From assembly GCF_000002075.1 (NCBI RefSeq), contig NW_004797478.1, positions 446,197 to 510,196 of the forward strand: DNA of 64,000 nt, read 5' to 3'. The position numbers were made by a program, and so were the translations under genes. Origin of the DNA: Aplysia californica (Eukaryota). The notes beneath the pieces are model-generated. The model saw only the letters and a program-made list of their open reading frames with translations, was not told where the DNA came from and searched no databases. Within the stretch, counting starts at the first letter, position 1. Every line of letters starts with the position of its first letter. Shown here piece by piece: positions 1 through 10,300 of the stretch.

Positions 1-105
1 TATCAAATCAGCTATCAGAAATTCCGAGATATTTGTGTAGATTAAGCATAATATACATAGACACTTCCATCTTTGGTGCCATGCGGTTGTCTATACTTAG
101 ATGTA

Positions 106-156
106 GTCACGTGATCGGAGGGGTATCCTGGTCTGACGTCAAACAAGATGGGCGCC
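106..156. promoter_or_regulatory. Candidate housekeeping core promoter cluster (E-box, CRE, YY1-like)
   Basis: GTCACGTGAT at 106-115, perfect CRE TGACGTCA at 134-141 and YY1-like CAAGATGGGCG at 144-154, within 50 bp. COQ2 coding exon 1 is preceded by a splice acceptor, so an upstream non-coding exon and promoter are expected. Assignment to COQ2 is inference. Confidence 0.4.
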
Positions 157-486
157 TTACCTAAAAATAGTTTGCATCATTTCTACTTTTAATCGCATGT
201 TACTGCGGTTGCTGCTGGCTGACCCTAGCAGACGGCTGTGTCTGAGTCTGAGTGTCCTGCTGCACAACTGCACTGCACATTGCACATACCGACCGACATG
301 GCCCTCTAAAATCGTCTTAGCTTCTGTGCCTGTGTTAGATAAGATCATCGTACCTGGATGTAAAAGGGTTCATGTTTTGTTTGTTTCCAAAGATGTGACT
401 GTGAGTCATTCTTCCGAAGTTATCCTCCATTTTTCAGTCTTCTTGTCGTCCCCAAAGCCAAAGCTGGGTGCAAGGTGTCAAAGTTT

Positions 487-497
487 GTGTGTGTGTG

Positions 498-536
<39 letters not shown>
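487..536. repeat. (GT)n microsatellite
   Basis: Seen directly. Confidence 0.95.
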
Positions 537-539
<3 letters not shown>

Positions 540-1464
540 CACAACTAGATTCTACGTCTGGACAGAAAAAGAGGAAGATACAGAATGGTACTGGTGCAGG
601 CTAAATTTATGGACGAGAATTGGTGAGATTGTCTAACCCTATCCGTATGCCCTGCCCTGGGGTCATTTTGTACCCCCGGGGTTGTATTCTTCACATTTTA
701 GAATACTTCTAGATCTAGATATCTTGTACGAAGATCTCTTTGAAACTTTCAGTATTTCTCAAAAGGCCGTCATTATTCGAACTCGAGTCCGAATAACATT
801 TTTTCATATTCGGACTCGAGTCCGAATTTAAAAATTTCATATTTGGACTCAAGTCGCCCACACCTTGTCTGCCGATCCGATGCCCGCCGCCTCATTGATA
901 CGCCCCCACCCCCCATGTTTCCCACTTTCTTTGTTGTAGAAAAAGGTAAAATTGAAGAGGAAGAGGCTAGCCGTACTTAATGTACTCGCAGTCTAGCCGT
1001 ACTTATTCTTAATATGATGGCTAGACTGACCATTTAACAAAAAATTAGGCCTACTGAATTGTAAATATACTTTTTTAGTGTGCAGTACCTAAAGTATTTG
1101 TATTTGAGACGAAACCAGGTGCCTAAATGACAGTGCATGTATTTTAAACCTCCTGTTTTCTAATGTTAATAGGGCCTAAGATAAGTACGGCTAGACTGGC
1201 AGTCTAGCCGTACTTAAGTACGGGTAGACAGCCAGGCTAGCCGTACTTAAGGACGGCTAGACTGTCAGGCTAGCCGTACTTAATATTGATGGCTAAATTG
1301 TAAATGAAATTTTTAGTTTGCAATGCCTAAAGTATTTGTATTTCAGACAAAACAAAAAGGTGCCTTACTGACTTGCATGTATTTGAACCTGAATAATTAC
1401 TAGATCTAGATCTAGATCTAATGAGACCTGTGTACTTAACAGGCTTGAGTCGATAGGGCCAAAC

Positions 1465-2753
1465 CTAGACGGTCATATAATCAGGCCACCTGCGCGCTAC
1501 TGACCTAGATTCCTTGTGGGCTGACACACCCGTATAGTAAGCCCACAACCTTGTAGATCATTAGTAGTGATAAGCCTACGCAGGGTGCGGCGGTCAGTTT
1601 GAATTGTTGTTTTCTCATACTTTGACACTGGATTATTTCTGCCTAATGCAGTTTGCTTTTCAAGTCATCTGGATTATGTGAATATTTTATACATCATTGT
1701 GTGTGTTGAGGAACAGAAGTGGTGACTAATTAATTGATTAATTAATTAAGATTGACCAACAGTCTTGAGATCGCAAATTTGAAGTGCTGTTTGGCTGCAC
1801 TGTAGGCCTACTGTTCATTTTCAGATTCTTCATCGCCATCGTACTCAGTGAATGCCTGGATTCTTTTAGTTGAGGCCTAATGCAGTTGTTTTTTCCAAAT
1901 CATCTGGATTGTGTGAATATCAAATATCTCTTCCATCAGTGTACGTGTTTAGATTAAACCTACAGTGAAGTTTTGACCGTGCAAGTTTAATTCATATCTG
2001 TCTAAATCCATTCTAAAATCCATGTCTACACAGTGGAGGCCCCCCCCTTCTGATCCGCACACTCTTCACTGACTTAGAGCCTCTCTATGCAAACAACCAC
2101 TAAAAACGAACTCTCCATCCTATCCCTAGGTCTAGATCTGCTTTTAGATTTAGATTAGTTTGTAACACAAACAATAGACTAAAAGGACCATGTAGATATA
2201 AATCTATATATCTAGACTCTGAGCGTTTAGGGGCCCACCCTTGTTAGGTAGGGAAAAGTATACGGATCATAATTATGGGGGAGCTCCTTTGTGTTTTTCC
2301 CGACCTGCTTTGTATATTAATATCTGCTGTTCTTTCACAGTGCTTACATGCTTCTCTTCTAGGCCTATTTATTGCTTTCATCATGTGTGGTTATGACTCT
2401 GTTGGACTGTGACTGACACCTTCAAAATAAACTGAAGGAATAAGAACAACAATGGGAAGAAAATGCTCAGTTGGTGGATGCAAAACTGGCTATGACAGTC
2501 AGAAAGGTGCAGAAAAAGTGACCTTGTATGGATTTCCTTCGGATGAAACAGAATGTCGGGCATGGACTGCTAGCTTACCAAACATTTTATCCTATGAAAA
2601 GGTGTCAAAACATATCAGTGTGTGCCCTCCATTTCCGTAAAACTCTAACTCAACTCAAGTCAACTTTCTGTCTTCCCATCGCTTTTGTCTGTCTAGAATA
2701 ATTTTTTACATGTCCGTTAGTTTGAACACAAACACAGGGAAGCTAAACCATTG

Positions 2754-2789
<36 letters not shown>

Positions 2790-2945
2790 GGGAGAAAGAG
2801 ACCGCCTAGCCGTGGCCGTTGTAATCATTATTATCATTACGAAGGTCACTGCTTGCTGTGGGCCGAAGCCTGAGCGGCCGGTGTGTCAGCCCACAAGCAA
2901 GGTATGTAGTTCTTGGGCTGCGCTGCCTGATTTATGATCGCCTAG
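1465..2945 (+). mobile_element. THAP-bearing (P-element-like) deletion derivative with 8-bp TSD (nest level 4)
   Basis: Imperfect TIR CTAGACGGTCATATAATCAGGC / GCCTGATTTATGATCGCCTAG; TSD GGCCAAAC at 1457-1464 and 2946-2953; internal inverted TTGTGGGCTGACACACC; contains a THAP ORF. Confidence 0.7.
2452..2640 (+). pseudogene. Truncated THAP zinc-finger (transposase N-terminus)
   Basis: MGRKCSVGGC...LYGFPSD...RAW...ISVC matches the THAP pattern M-x3-C-x4-C...FP...W...VC; the terminal HF motif is lost and no catalytic domain follows. Confidence 0.75.
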
Positions 2946-4834
2946 GGCCAAACCTAGATCTAAGTACGGCTAGACTTGCAGTCTAGCCGTACTTAAGTAC
3001 GGCTAGACTCTCAGTCTAGCCGTACTTAAGTACGGCTAGCCACTTCGAATTGAAGATTAGCAGATCTCCTGGCACCTGCATATTATGAGCTGTGTAAAAA
3101 AAAGACCGATTCGTTCAAATACACAAGCCTGTGTCATCTCGATTGTTTACCAAGAAAAAGTTGTGTTGCTGTGTAGAGCCGAGCATACGGCAACTTTTGA
3201 TTCCATAGACCAGCGCACAATTCATTACGTAGATCTAGGTCAAGACTAGCTTTGTAATGATCAGTTGCCGGGGGGGGGGCTGACGCGAATGCGACGTTCA
3301 ATGCCCGGACCGATAGCGCGCCCCCCCCCCCCCCCCCCCTTCTCCGAGATGCACACACAGGCACACGTGTGCAGGGCGCCCATTCGACCCCAACACACGC
3401 TAACAAGCCATCTTTAATTGCTTCTGATGACCTCTTGTCAAATCAACATTTATTAGAAGCGCTCTAACTTTTCAGGCCGGCCTCAAATTCATCATAAGAT
3501 AAAAACTCGGCTCCGGCACAATAAACTTAACGCCATTTTGCCCAAAGTGGTCCCGGTCTCTACCCAGCCTGAGGCGAGTCACGAGTGAAGCAGGACAGGA
3601 AGCCGGAGTCACGAGTCACAGGAAGTCGGAAGTGATGTCATGCTGGACAAGAATCAGAGTCCGAATAACATTTTTTCCGAATAGTCGTTCTCAAAATATC
3701 ATTTTGACAGACTGCTTTGCAAAGCCTATGGATCGGATTAACGAGTAAATTTCCTCTTTGAAAGTGGTGTCACAGAGTTCCCCACGTCGTATTGTATGGA
3801 TATGATTTTGTATAACACAACATACGGATAGGGTTAAAGATAAACACAAATTAATGCCAATCGAAAATAAAGAAAGGGGTTGGGGGGGGGGGGGGGCACC
3901 TTATTTTATCAACCCACTGTCAAATTTACCTGCCTCTGGCGGCCAGGCGTGATCTCGCATTGCCGGATGCTCTGTCATAAATTTTGAATCGGCCTCACAC
4001 TACACGCTGTGGATGGGCAGTCATAATTCAGTCACCTGTCATTATTGTCAGTCCCTCCTGTGAATGTTTACCCAAGTTGATCTATGGGTAGGCCTAACAC
4101 TACATTTTTTTCAACAGCTGGTGAGGGAAGCGTGATCCATCATTACCTATAAAAGCCCCGCTCACAACTCATGCATAAATCGTGTGTGATGTGACTGGTC
4201 ACTGTTTTGTTTACCTAATCTGTAAGAACAAAGTTACAATGGACATTGACTTGAGCTTGCAACAGAAGCATCGCTCGTTCTCTAGTGGTGGCGACCCGTG
4301 TGTTTGTTTTACCATGGCACTCTGTGTTCATCATCTTACTTACATAATATTTAGTTAATTTTACCCTTGCACAAAGTCAGCAACAAAAAGAAAGCTTCCA
4401 AAAAAAACACCATCAAAACAACACAAAAAAACCTTACACCATCCACCCCCCCCCCCCCCCCCTTTTTCAAAAGAAAACAAAAACCCTTTTGAATTAGCCC
4501 TACGGCAGTTTAAAGTCTGAGATCAGCCCCGGTTTGGACCTCAGAAGAGAATGATTTGCTTTCTTCATTTTGACCAGTCCTGCCTAAGACGGCCACCTGT
4601 ATTATACAGCCACTTTTCTCTTTGACATTGGGAGGCCGTTTTACACAGGTTTGACTGTTCACATAATTGCGTGCGTATAGCAAACTATGATACCTTGCAC
4701 GCAATTGCGCGCGTATAGCAAAATTTAAATTTCTGTGCTCGCAATTGTGTGCGCATGTATAGACTCAGCCATAGACTTTTATGATTTAAAAAAGTCAGGC
4801 CGTTGTTTTTTTAAGGTAAATGTTGTATTTCAAT

Positions 4835-6320
4835 GTGTGTATTCCCAACCGATGTTGCCTTAGATTTCCAACCGGTGTTTTCTGAATCGCTTATGAAACA
4901 GTCGGCGCTCAATTCTTCAGATACCCTGCGGTACAACTTAAGAATGTGGGTCCAGTTTGGTGATAACTATGAAGTGTGGATTTTGGCTCCACTGATGATT
5001 ACTTCTGGTTCTAAATGATTACTTTTTGATGCGCATGCCGATATGGAGATATATCAAACCTAGGCCTAATTGCAAAACATCAAATTATGGGGGCATGCCC
5101 CCTTGAAACACCCCCCCTCCCCCCCCCCCCCCAATTGCCCCCATTGTTTTTGTTGGGTCAGGTGGGAAAGCTCCCCTGAAACCTCCTTTGTTAAAAGCAA
5201 GTGAAATTTTACTCCTTTTTTCATAGGCTACTGAAAAATAACAGGTCGTGTCTCGCTCTCGTTGGGATAAAACATCGATACTGAATATTTATGTCAGTAT
5301 GGGTATCTCGTAGGCCTAAAAAATAAAATAAATAATAATAATAGATAGCATTTGTATAGCGCATATCCCCGCTCAACAGCAGGCTCTATGCGCTTTACAC
5401 TATATTATTACCCCAGCAGACCATAGAACACTCCGAAACATTCTCAGCTTCCCGGGAAGCATACAGTGCAAGCAGCTGATTAAGCGCTCAAACACTAACA
5501 AACTGACAAGATCTTTCGCTGTCTATAGCCGGGTACCCATTCCCACCTGGGTGAAGTGAGGAAAATTCGTGTAAAGTGCCTTTCCCAAGGACACAACGTC
5601 GGGCCCTTGACGGGATTCGAACCCACGACCTTACGGTTGCGAGTCCGAGAGCCTAACCACTAGGCCACCGACGCCACAGACGGAACCCACATTTTTAAGT
5701 ATTACCTAACCTGTATATATCTTAGATCTATATATATATCCTATTTTACAATCATTGACTCGTCGCAAAAGTCTGAATTCTCTTAAGTTTACAGATCCCC
5801 TAGTTATATATATATATATGCACGTGAACAGTTAAAAGAAACCACGCCAGCTATTTTTTTCCATCTGTTTTGAGGTAGGAGAAAGTATCTATTGGGATAA
5901 AATAAACGTGGTAAGTAAATTGATTCACCACCACTGTACGGACGACTGCAACCGGCAGGCAAGATGCTGAGACATAAAATTAATGTCACGTTTTCAAACC
6001 CCCTACCTTTTTTTCCCCTTGCCCCAAACATCTAAGCATGCCTTTGCATGGAAGTGTTGACGTCATTCACAATACCACCAGGCCCTGCCCGCTTTAAATT
6101 GAACACCGGATAGGAAAGCTGCTGTGATAGATCTAGTGACTAGTAATTTTATCATATTATGCCTCGTATGCGCAAAGCAAAATATTTTCATGGTCCCCCT
6201 AGACTAGAAAATGTCCGTAGACCAGGATCCTGGTCTTGCGAGACACTTCCTTACTATTAATAGTTCCCAACACCGGTTGGGAATATTCTATCTTTTCCAA
6301 CACAGATTGGGTAAGCATAG
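4835..6320. mobile_element. Probable TIR element, family unknown, hosting a SINE
   Basis: TTCCCAACCGATGTTG / TTCCAACCGGTGTT repeats near 4842-4880 mirror CCAACACCGGTTGGGAA / CCAACACAGATTGGG near 6265-6311. No clear TSD. Confidence 0.4.
5325..5675 (-). mobile_element. tRNA-derived SINE, apparently full length
   Basis: Minus strand has A box TGGCCTAGTGG and B box GGTTCGAATCC, a body of about 250 bp and a (TTA)n tail; related decayed pieces near 8500-8630 and 31850-32050. Confidence 0.85.
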
Positions 6321-6777
6321 CCTTTTGATTTTCGGACTATGCCTGTTATAGTCAGTTTTAATTTAATTTTTTTTTGTATCTACACAATTTTACAAGTTAA
6401 AACAATTTGATCCACCCAGGCATTTATCCTTAATTGATTAGTCTAGATCTAGTATATAGGTTACTGACTACAAATAATATTGTCATGAGAAAGCTTTGTT
6501 GTAGGAATCTTACAAAGAGATAAATTTTGTGATAGCTGGTGGTTGGTGGGTGCTCTTCTGATGTGGTTTGCTCACTTCTTCTATCAATTCGATCTCTCCT
6601 TAACCTAACTTTTTCGTGTTTGATACTCTCCTGTGACACCTCTAATCTTCGGCACTTATATGACCTTTGCCTTTATTGCTAATCATAAAATGCTTGTACT
6701 AAAAAAAAGATTGTGATAGTTTACAATGATCTCTGTCCTTTTCTTTCGCAGTAGTGACCTGGGTCTAGATATTCACA

Positions 6778-7366
6778 ATGGCCTTAACAGTGGCCAGTTG
6801 TACTACTCTCCTGAGGACCATATCTAAAAGGGCAAGCACATCACTTGGTGTTGCTATCGGGAAACACCGTCAAGACGATGTAGATGTCTCCATGACAGAG
6901 CGGCTGCAGACATGTAAAAGATTCAATTCATCCATTAGCTGTTATGGTGAAAAAAGTGCCATTAATGACCTTTCACTGGAAACTGTTCATAACACTTTGA
7001 TGAAAAGGAGCAGGACATCTTCTTTGCCAAAGTCAGACTCATGGCAGTATGCTCCAGTTTTTCAGTATCCTAGTCCAAAACTCTCATTGAGTAGCCAACA
7101 CAACATTCCACTTTGTTTGCATCAACATCCAGGCAGCCTAACTTTTTCTACATTCTCCTCAATGTGGACTAATCCCAGTTCAAATACCTCGAAAGCATCT
7201 CACAGCACGCTCAGTAAATCTCATGCAGCCTTACTTCATGTTTGTGATTGTCATCAAAAGTCACACAACAGCATGAGTAGCTTCTCCCCAGCAAGACTTA
7301 TTCTAGAATCGTCCCCAGGAAGTGTTCAACCTTATCTCCGCCTGATTAGATTTGACAAACCAATTG
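6778..7366 (+). CDS. COQ2: COQ2 coding exon 1 (targeting peptide, long Ser-rich extension, ...[13 protein letters not shown])
   Basis: Acceptor ttttctttcgcag ends at 6751, ATG at 6778, donor G|GTAAGG at 7367 (phase 1). Confidence 0.9.
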
Positions 7367-10300
7367 GTAAGGAAGATGTTTAGTCAATTTTTTATTTTTT
7401 ATTTTATTATCTAGTATCTTAAGTAATCATGTAGTGTGCTCTTATTATTAACCAACAGGTGATGGAAATGTTAGTGCCTGAGAGAATGTACAGAAATTGA
7501 AATATAAATAGCGAAAACTGCAGCTGTTGCTTTTAGCATTTTTCATTAAGATTGTAGTTTCATTTTAAAATAAGGATAATTATAAACCAAGCTCATTACT
7601 TTGAAGCTTAGATTAAGTTAGTAATTTTGTTTTCTATACTTTTAACTATAATCTCATACCTTAAACTGTTGTCAAACAGCCTCTATCCATTAACACTTAC
7701 AGTACCGAAGGCTTCTATAGTGAAAAAGACTCAAGTACCACACCAGTTTAGAACGGTGGTAGAATTTTTTTAAAGTAAAAAAACCTTGGCAGCCCAAGAA
7801 ACACACTTTAAAAGTCCATAGAGGTTCATCAACCATTCTGCTGTCATAGAGTGACTTCCTTTGGTATTTACTTCAGTGCAGTGTGTGCATTCGTTGTTTT
7901 CTTATGTTTTGTGCGCCTGGTTGTGTCAGCGACTAAAATCGCCAGCGGTAGTGAGGGCATACTATGGCCTGGCAACTAAATTCGCCGACAGTACTGTAAG
8001 TATTAATGTATTTTAATGTAATTCAGACCTGAGGGGATCCTGAAAGATTCTGTGAGACTGAAAGACCATTTTTTCCCCAGATTTAAGTCTGTATTGCAGC
8101 TTTGAGTCTGCTTTGTCTTTGAAAAGTTTTCATCTACACGTTTGTAGGCTCATAACCTTCCCTTTTATCCTTTTGTCGTCTCTTACAACTTCACTGCATA
8201 TGAAAGAAAAGATTAAACTGAGGGAATGGCTTCATGGAATCCACTTTATTTGCCTGATTTTACCTTATATTAGATAATATGTAGATTCTATCTACAGTTA
8301 GCTAAAAGATGATCATGATCTTACAAAAGCAATTTGTGCCAGTGAAAGTGGAGATGAAAGCAGATGATTGAACATGATTAGAGCATGAAAGGAGGTGAAA
8401 GGAGAACATTTTTCGTTGCTGTCAGATTTCGAACCCAGGACTTATTGAATGAGAGGTGAACACCATACCTTTCGACTATGAGAGCCCAGTCCATTTGCAG
8501 TAGAAGGGAACCATGTGAGAAAATTCATTTAATATGCCTTTTCCAAGGACACAACGTTAGCCGAGCTGAGCTTCGATGCCCCAAACCCGGAATCTCACAA
8601 TTACAGGTCTGGTAGCCTGACCACTTGACTATTGATACAACGTTTTGTTTTCAACCATCCCTAAAAAAAGATGCTAAATTAAAACAGGTGAATTGAGGTG
8701 AAAGTGGTGCCTTATATTTCTTTAAGCCATAATCCTGTTGTTGCAATTGATGCCTTAACTTTCATCTGTGCACTGTTTTCAGGTACATGGCTGCTGTATT
8801 GGCCTTGTACCTGGAGCATTGCCTTGGCTGCCCAGCCTGGCTGTATGCCGGACCCTAAGCTCCTTGCCCTCTTTGGTGCTGGAGCCTTCTTCATGCGGGG
8901 TGCAGGCTGCATCATCAATGACATGTGGGACAAGGACTTTGATGCCAAGGTTAGTTGGATAGTAGAAACTTCAGTTTAGAGTTGGAGAGGGGTTGGGGAG
9001 GGAGAGAGTAAAACCATTTACTGACAACGACTATTTGAAGCTAAAAAAGTCCTAGCAGTCAACCACTGCCCATAAACTGTCCAGTACTAATAGTATTATG
9101 TGGAAAACTGAAAATTTCATCGTGTGTAGTACTTAGATTATGTTTATGATCTTTTTGTTTATGCATCTTGCTGGCCTACTCCAGTTTCTCCTAAATCCTT
9201 CTCATTGGGCTGTTGATTGTCATATTTATTTTCTTTAATGTCATTGTTTTAATTTGACTTTTAGTCAGTACAGAAAAAGATAATTCTTTCTGCTTTGGTT
9301 TTTCAAAGTTGTAGTTGTTCGACACCCAAAAATCTGAAAAGAATAGTTAGGGAAACCAAAATTCAAAATGTATGCTGGTGGTCAGTGGATTTTCTGGTAA
9401 TATTTCCTTTTTCGAAATTGTTGAAGTGTTATTATTACGAACATTATACCTCTGTTCTTTACAAAATATGCCCGTTGTTATCATGCTACAAATCGCCATC
9501 TTTGTGATGTGCAGGTTGAGAGAACCAAGCTTCGGCCTCTTGCTGCTGGAGAACTGACCAGCTTCCAGGCCTTGGTATTTCTAGGCACCCAGCTGAGCTG
9601 TGCCCTCGCCATATTGTTGCAACTCAACTGGTACAGGTGAGCATCTTTCACCTTTGGGCACCTTTGGCTTTTGCATGCAGTAAATGTGAGTTCTATTCTC
9701 ATGTGGGGAAGTCTGGGTTGGTCTTGAAAGATGAGGTGGAAGCAGCCCACCTCTATTGATATGAATTGTGTTGATGGAGATGTAAAAAATTTACAATCAA
9801 TCTAATATGGTATCATTTTTCTGGTTATTTACTAAAATCAAGAAGTCTGGGACAACCTAAACCTTTTTCATTTAGTACAGCTATCAATATTCATATTGAA
9901 TGGCTTGATGATATTCCTGGTCGGTCCTATTGTTAGCAGTCGTTTTGTCATTTCTGTCTGCCAGCCCTTTCTGTCTGTAGACTTGCAGTAAATAACCATT
10001 ACCATGTGTGTGTACTTTGCCTGTACCTCATCAGAGCTATATATTTTTTTTAGGCCTTTTTAAAGCATTTCTCTCTGGTTGTTTCAAATGTCTTGGTATC
10101 CACCTTGATCATGAAGACGACCTTGAGGTTGGGACATTGTTCTTCTCTCTTTGTTATTGATATGTTAGTATTCGTTAACTTTTGTCCTGTTACAAGGAAA
10201 GGGATCTGAGCTGATATCATAGAGAAAACTTTATTATTTCTTACTTATGACAGCATTTTATGAGGAGGAAGAATCAGAATAGAATAGGAAAACTTTACAG

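Larger units (their letters stand above)
959..3047. mobile_element. Mutator-like non-autonomous element with 9-bp TSD (nest level 3)
   Basis: TIR GAAG(A/T)GGCTAGCCGTACTTAA at both ends; TSD AATTGAAGA at 950-958 and 3048-3056; arrays of the palindrome CTAGCCGTACTTAAGTACGGCTAG at 967-1290 and 2960-3040. Confidence 0.8.
765..3687. mobile_element. DNA-transposon-like insertion with 9-bp TSD (nest level 2)
   Basis: TTCTCAAAA duplicated at 756-764 and 3688-3696 but single in the empty copy near 22.7 kb. GAGTCCGAATAACATTTTTTC motifs near both ends. Confidence 0.75.
637..3833. mobile_element. piggyBac-like MITE split by nested insertions
   Basis: 13-bp perfect TIR CCCTATCCGTATG / CATACGGATAGGG, flanked by CTAA (633-636) and TTAA (3834-3837). 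Arms 637-764 and 3688-3833 join to match an uninterrupted reverse-orientation copy at 22596-22836. Confidence 0.85.

Noticed and set aside
197-604. 135-aa ORF
   Set aside because: No recognisable domain; reads through a (GT)n microsatellite.
967-1290. CRISPR-like array of palindromic CTAGCCGTACTTAAGTACGGCTAG repeats
   Set aside because: Eukaryotic context, irregular spacing, no unique spacers or cas genes; mirrored at 2960-3040 with TIR and TSD, so these are transposon subterminal repeats.
5600-5675. tRNA gene (also at 12029 and 18037)
   Set aside because: A and B boxes continue into a SINE body and tail, with no proper acceptor stem or oligo-T terminator.
6058-6065. CRE TGACGTCA as the COQ2 proximal promoter
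   Set aside because: Lies within a probable TIR element (4835-6320) and has no other support.
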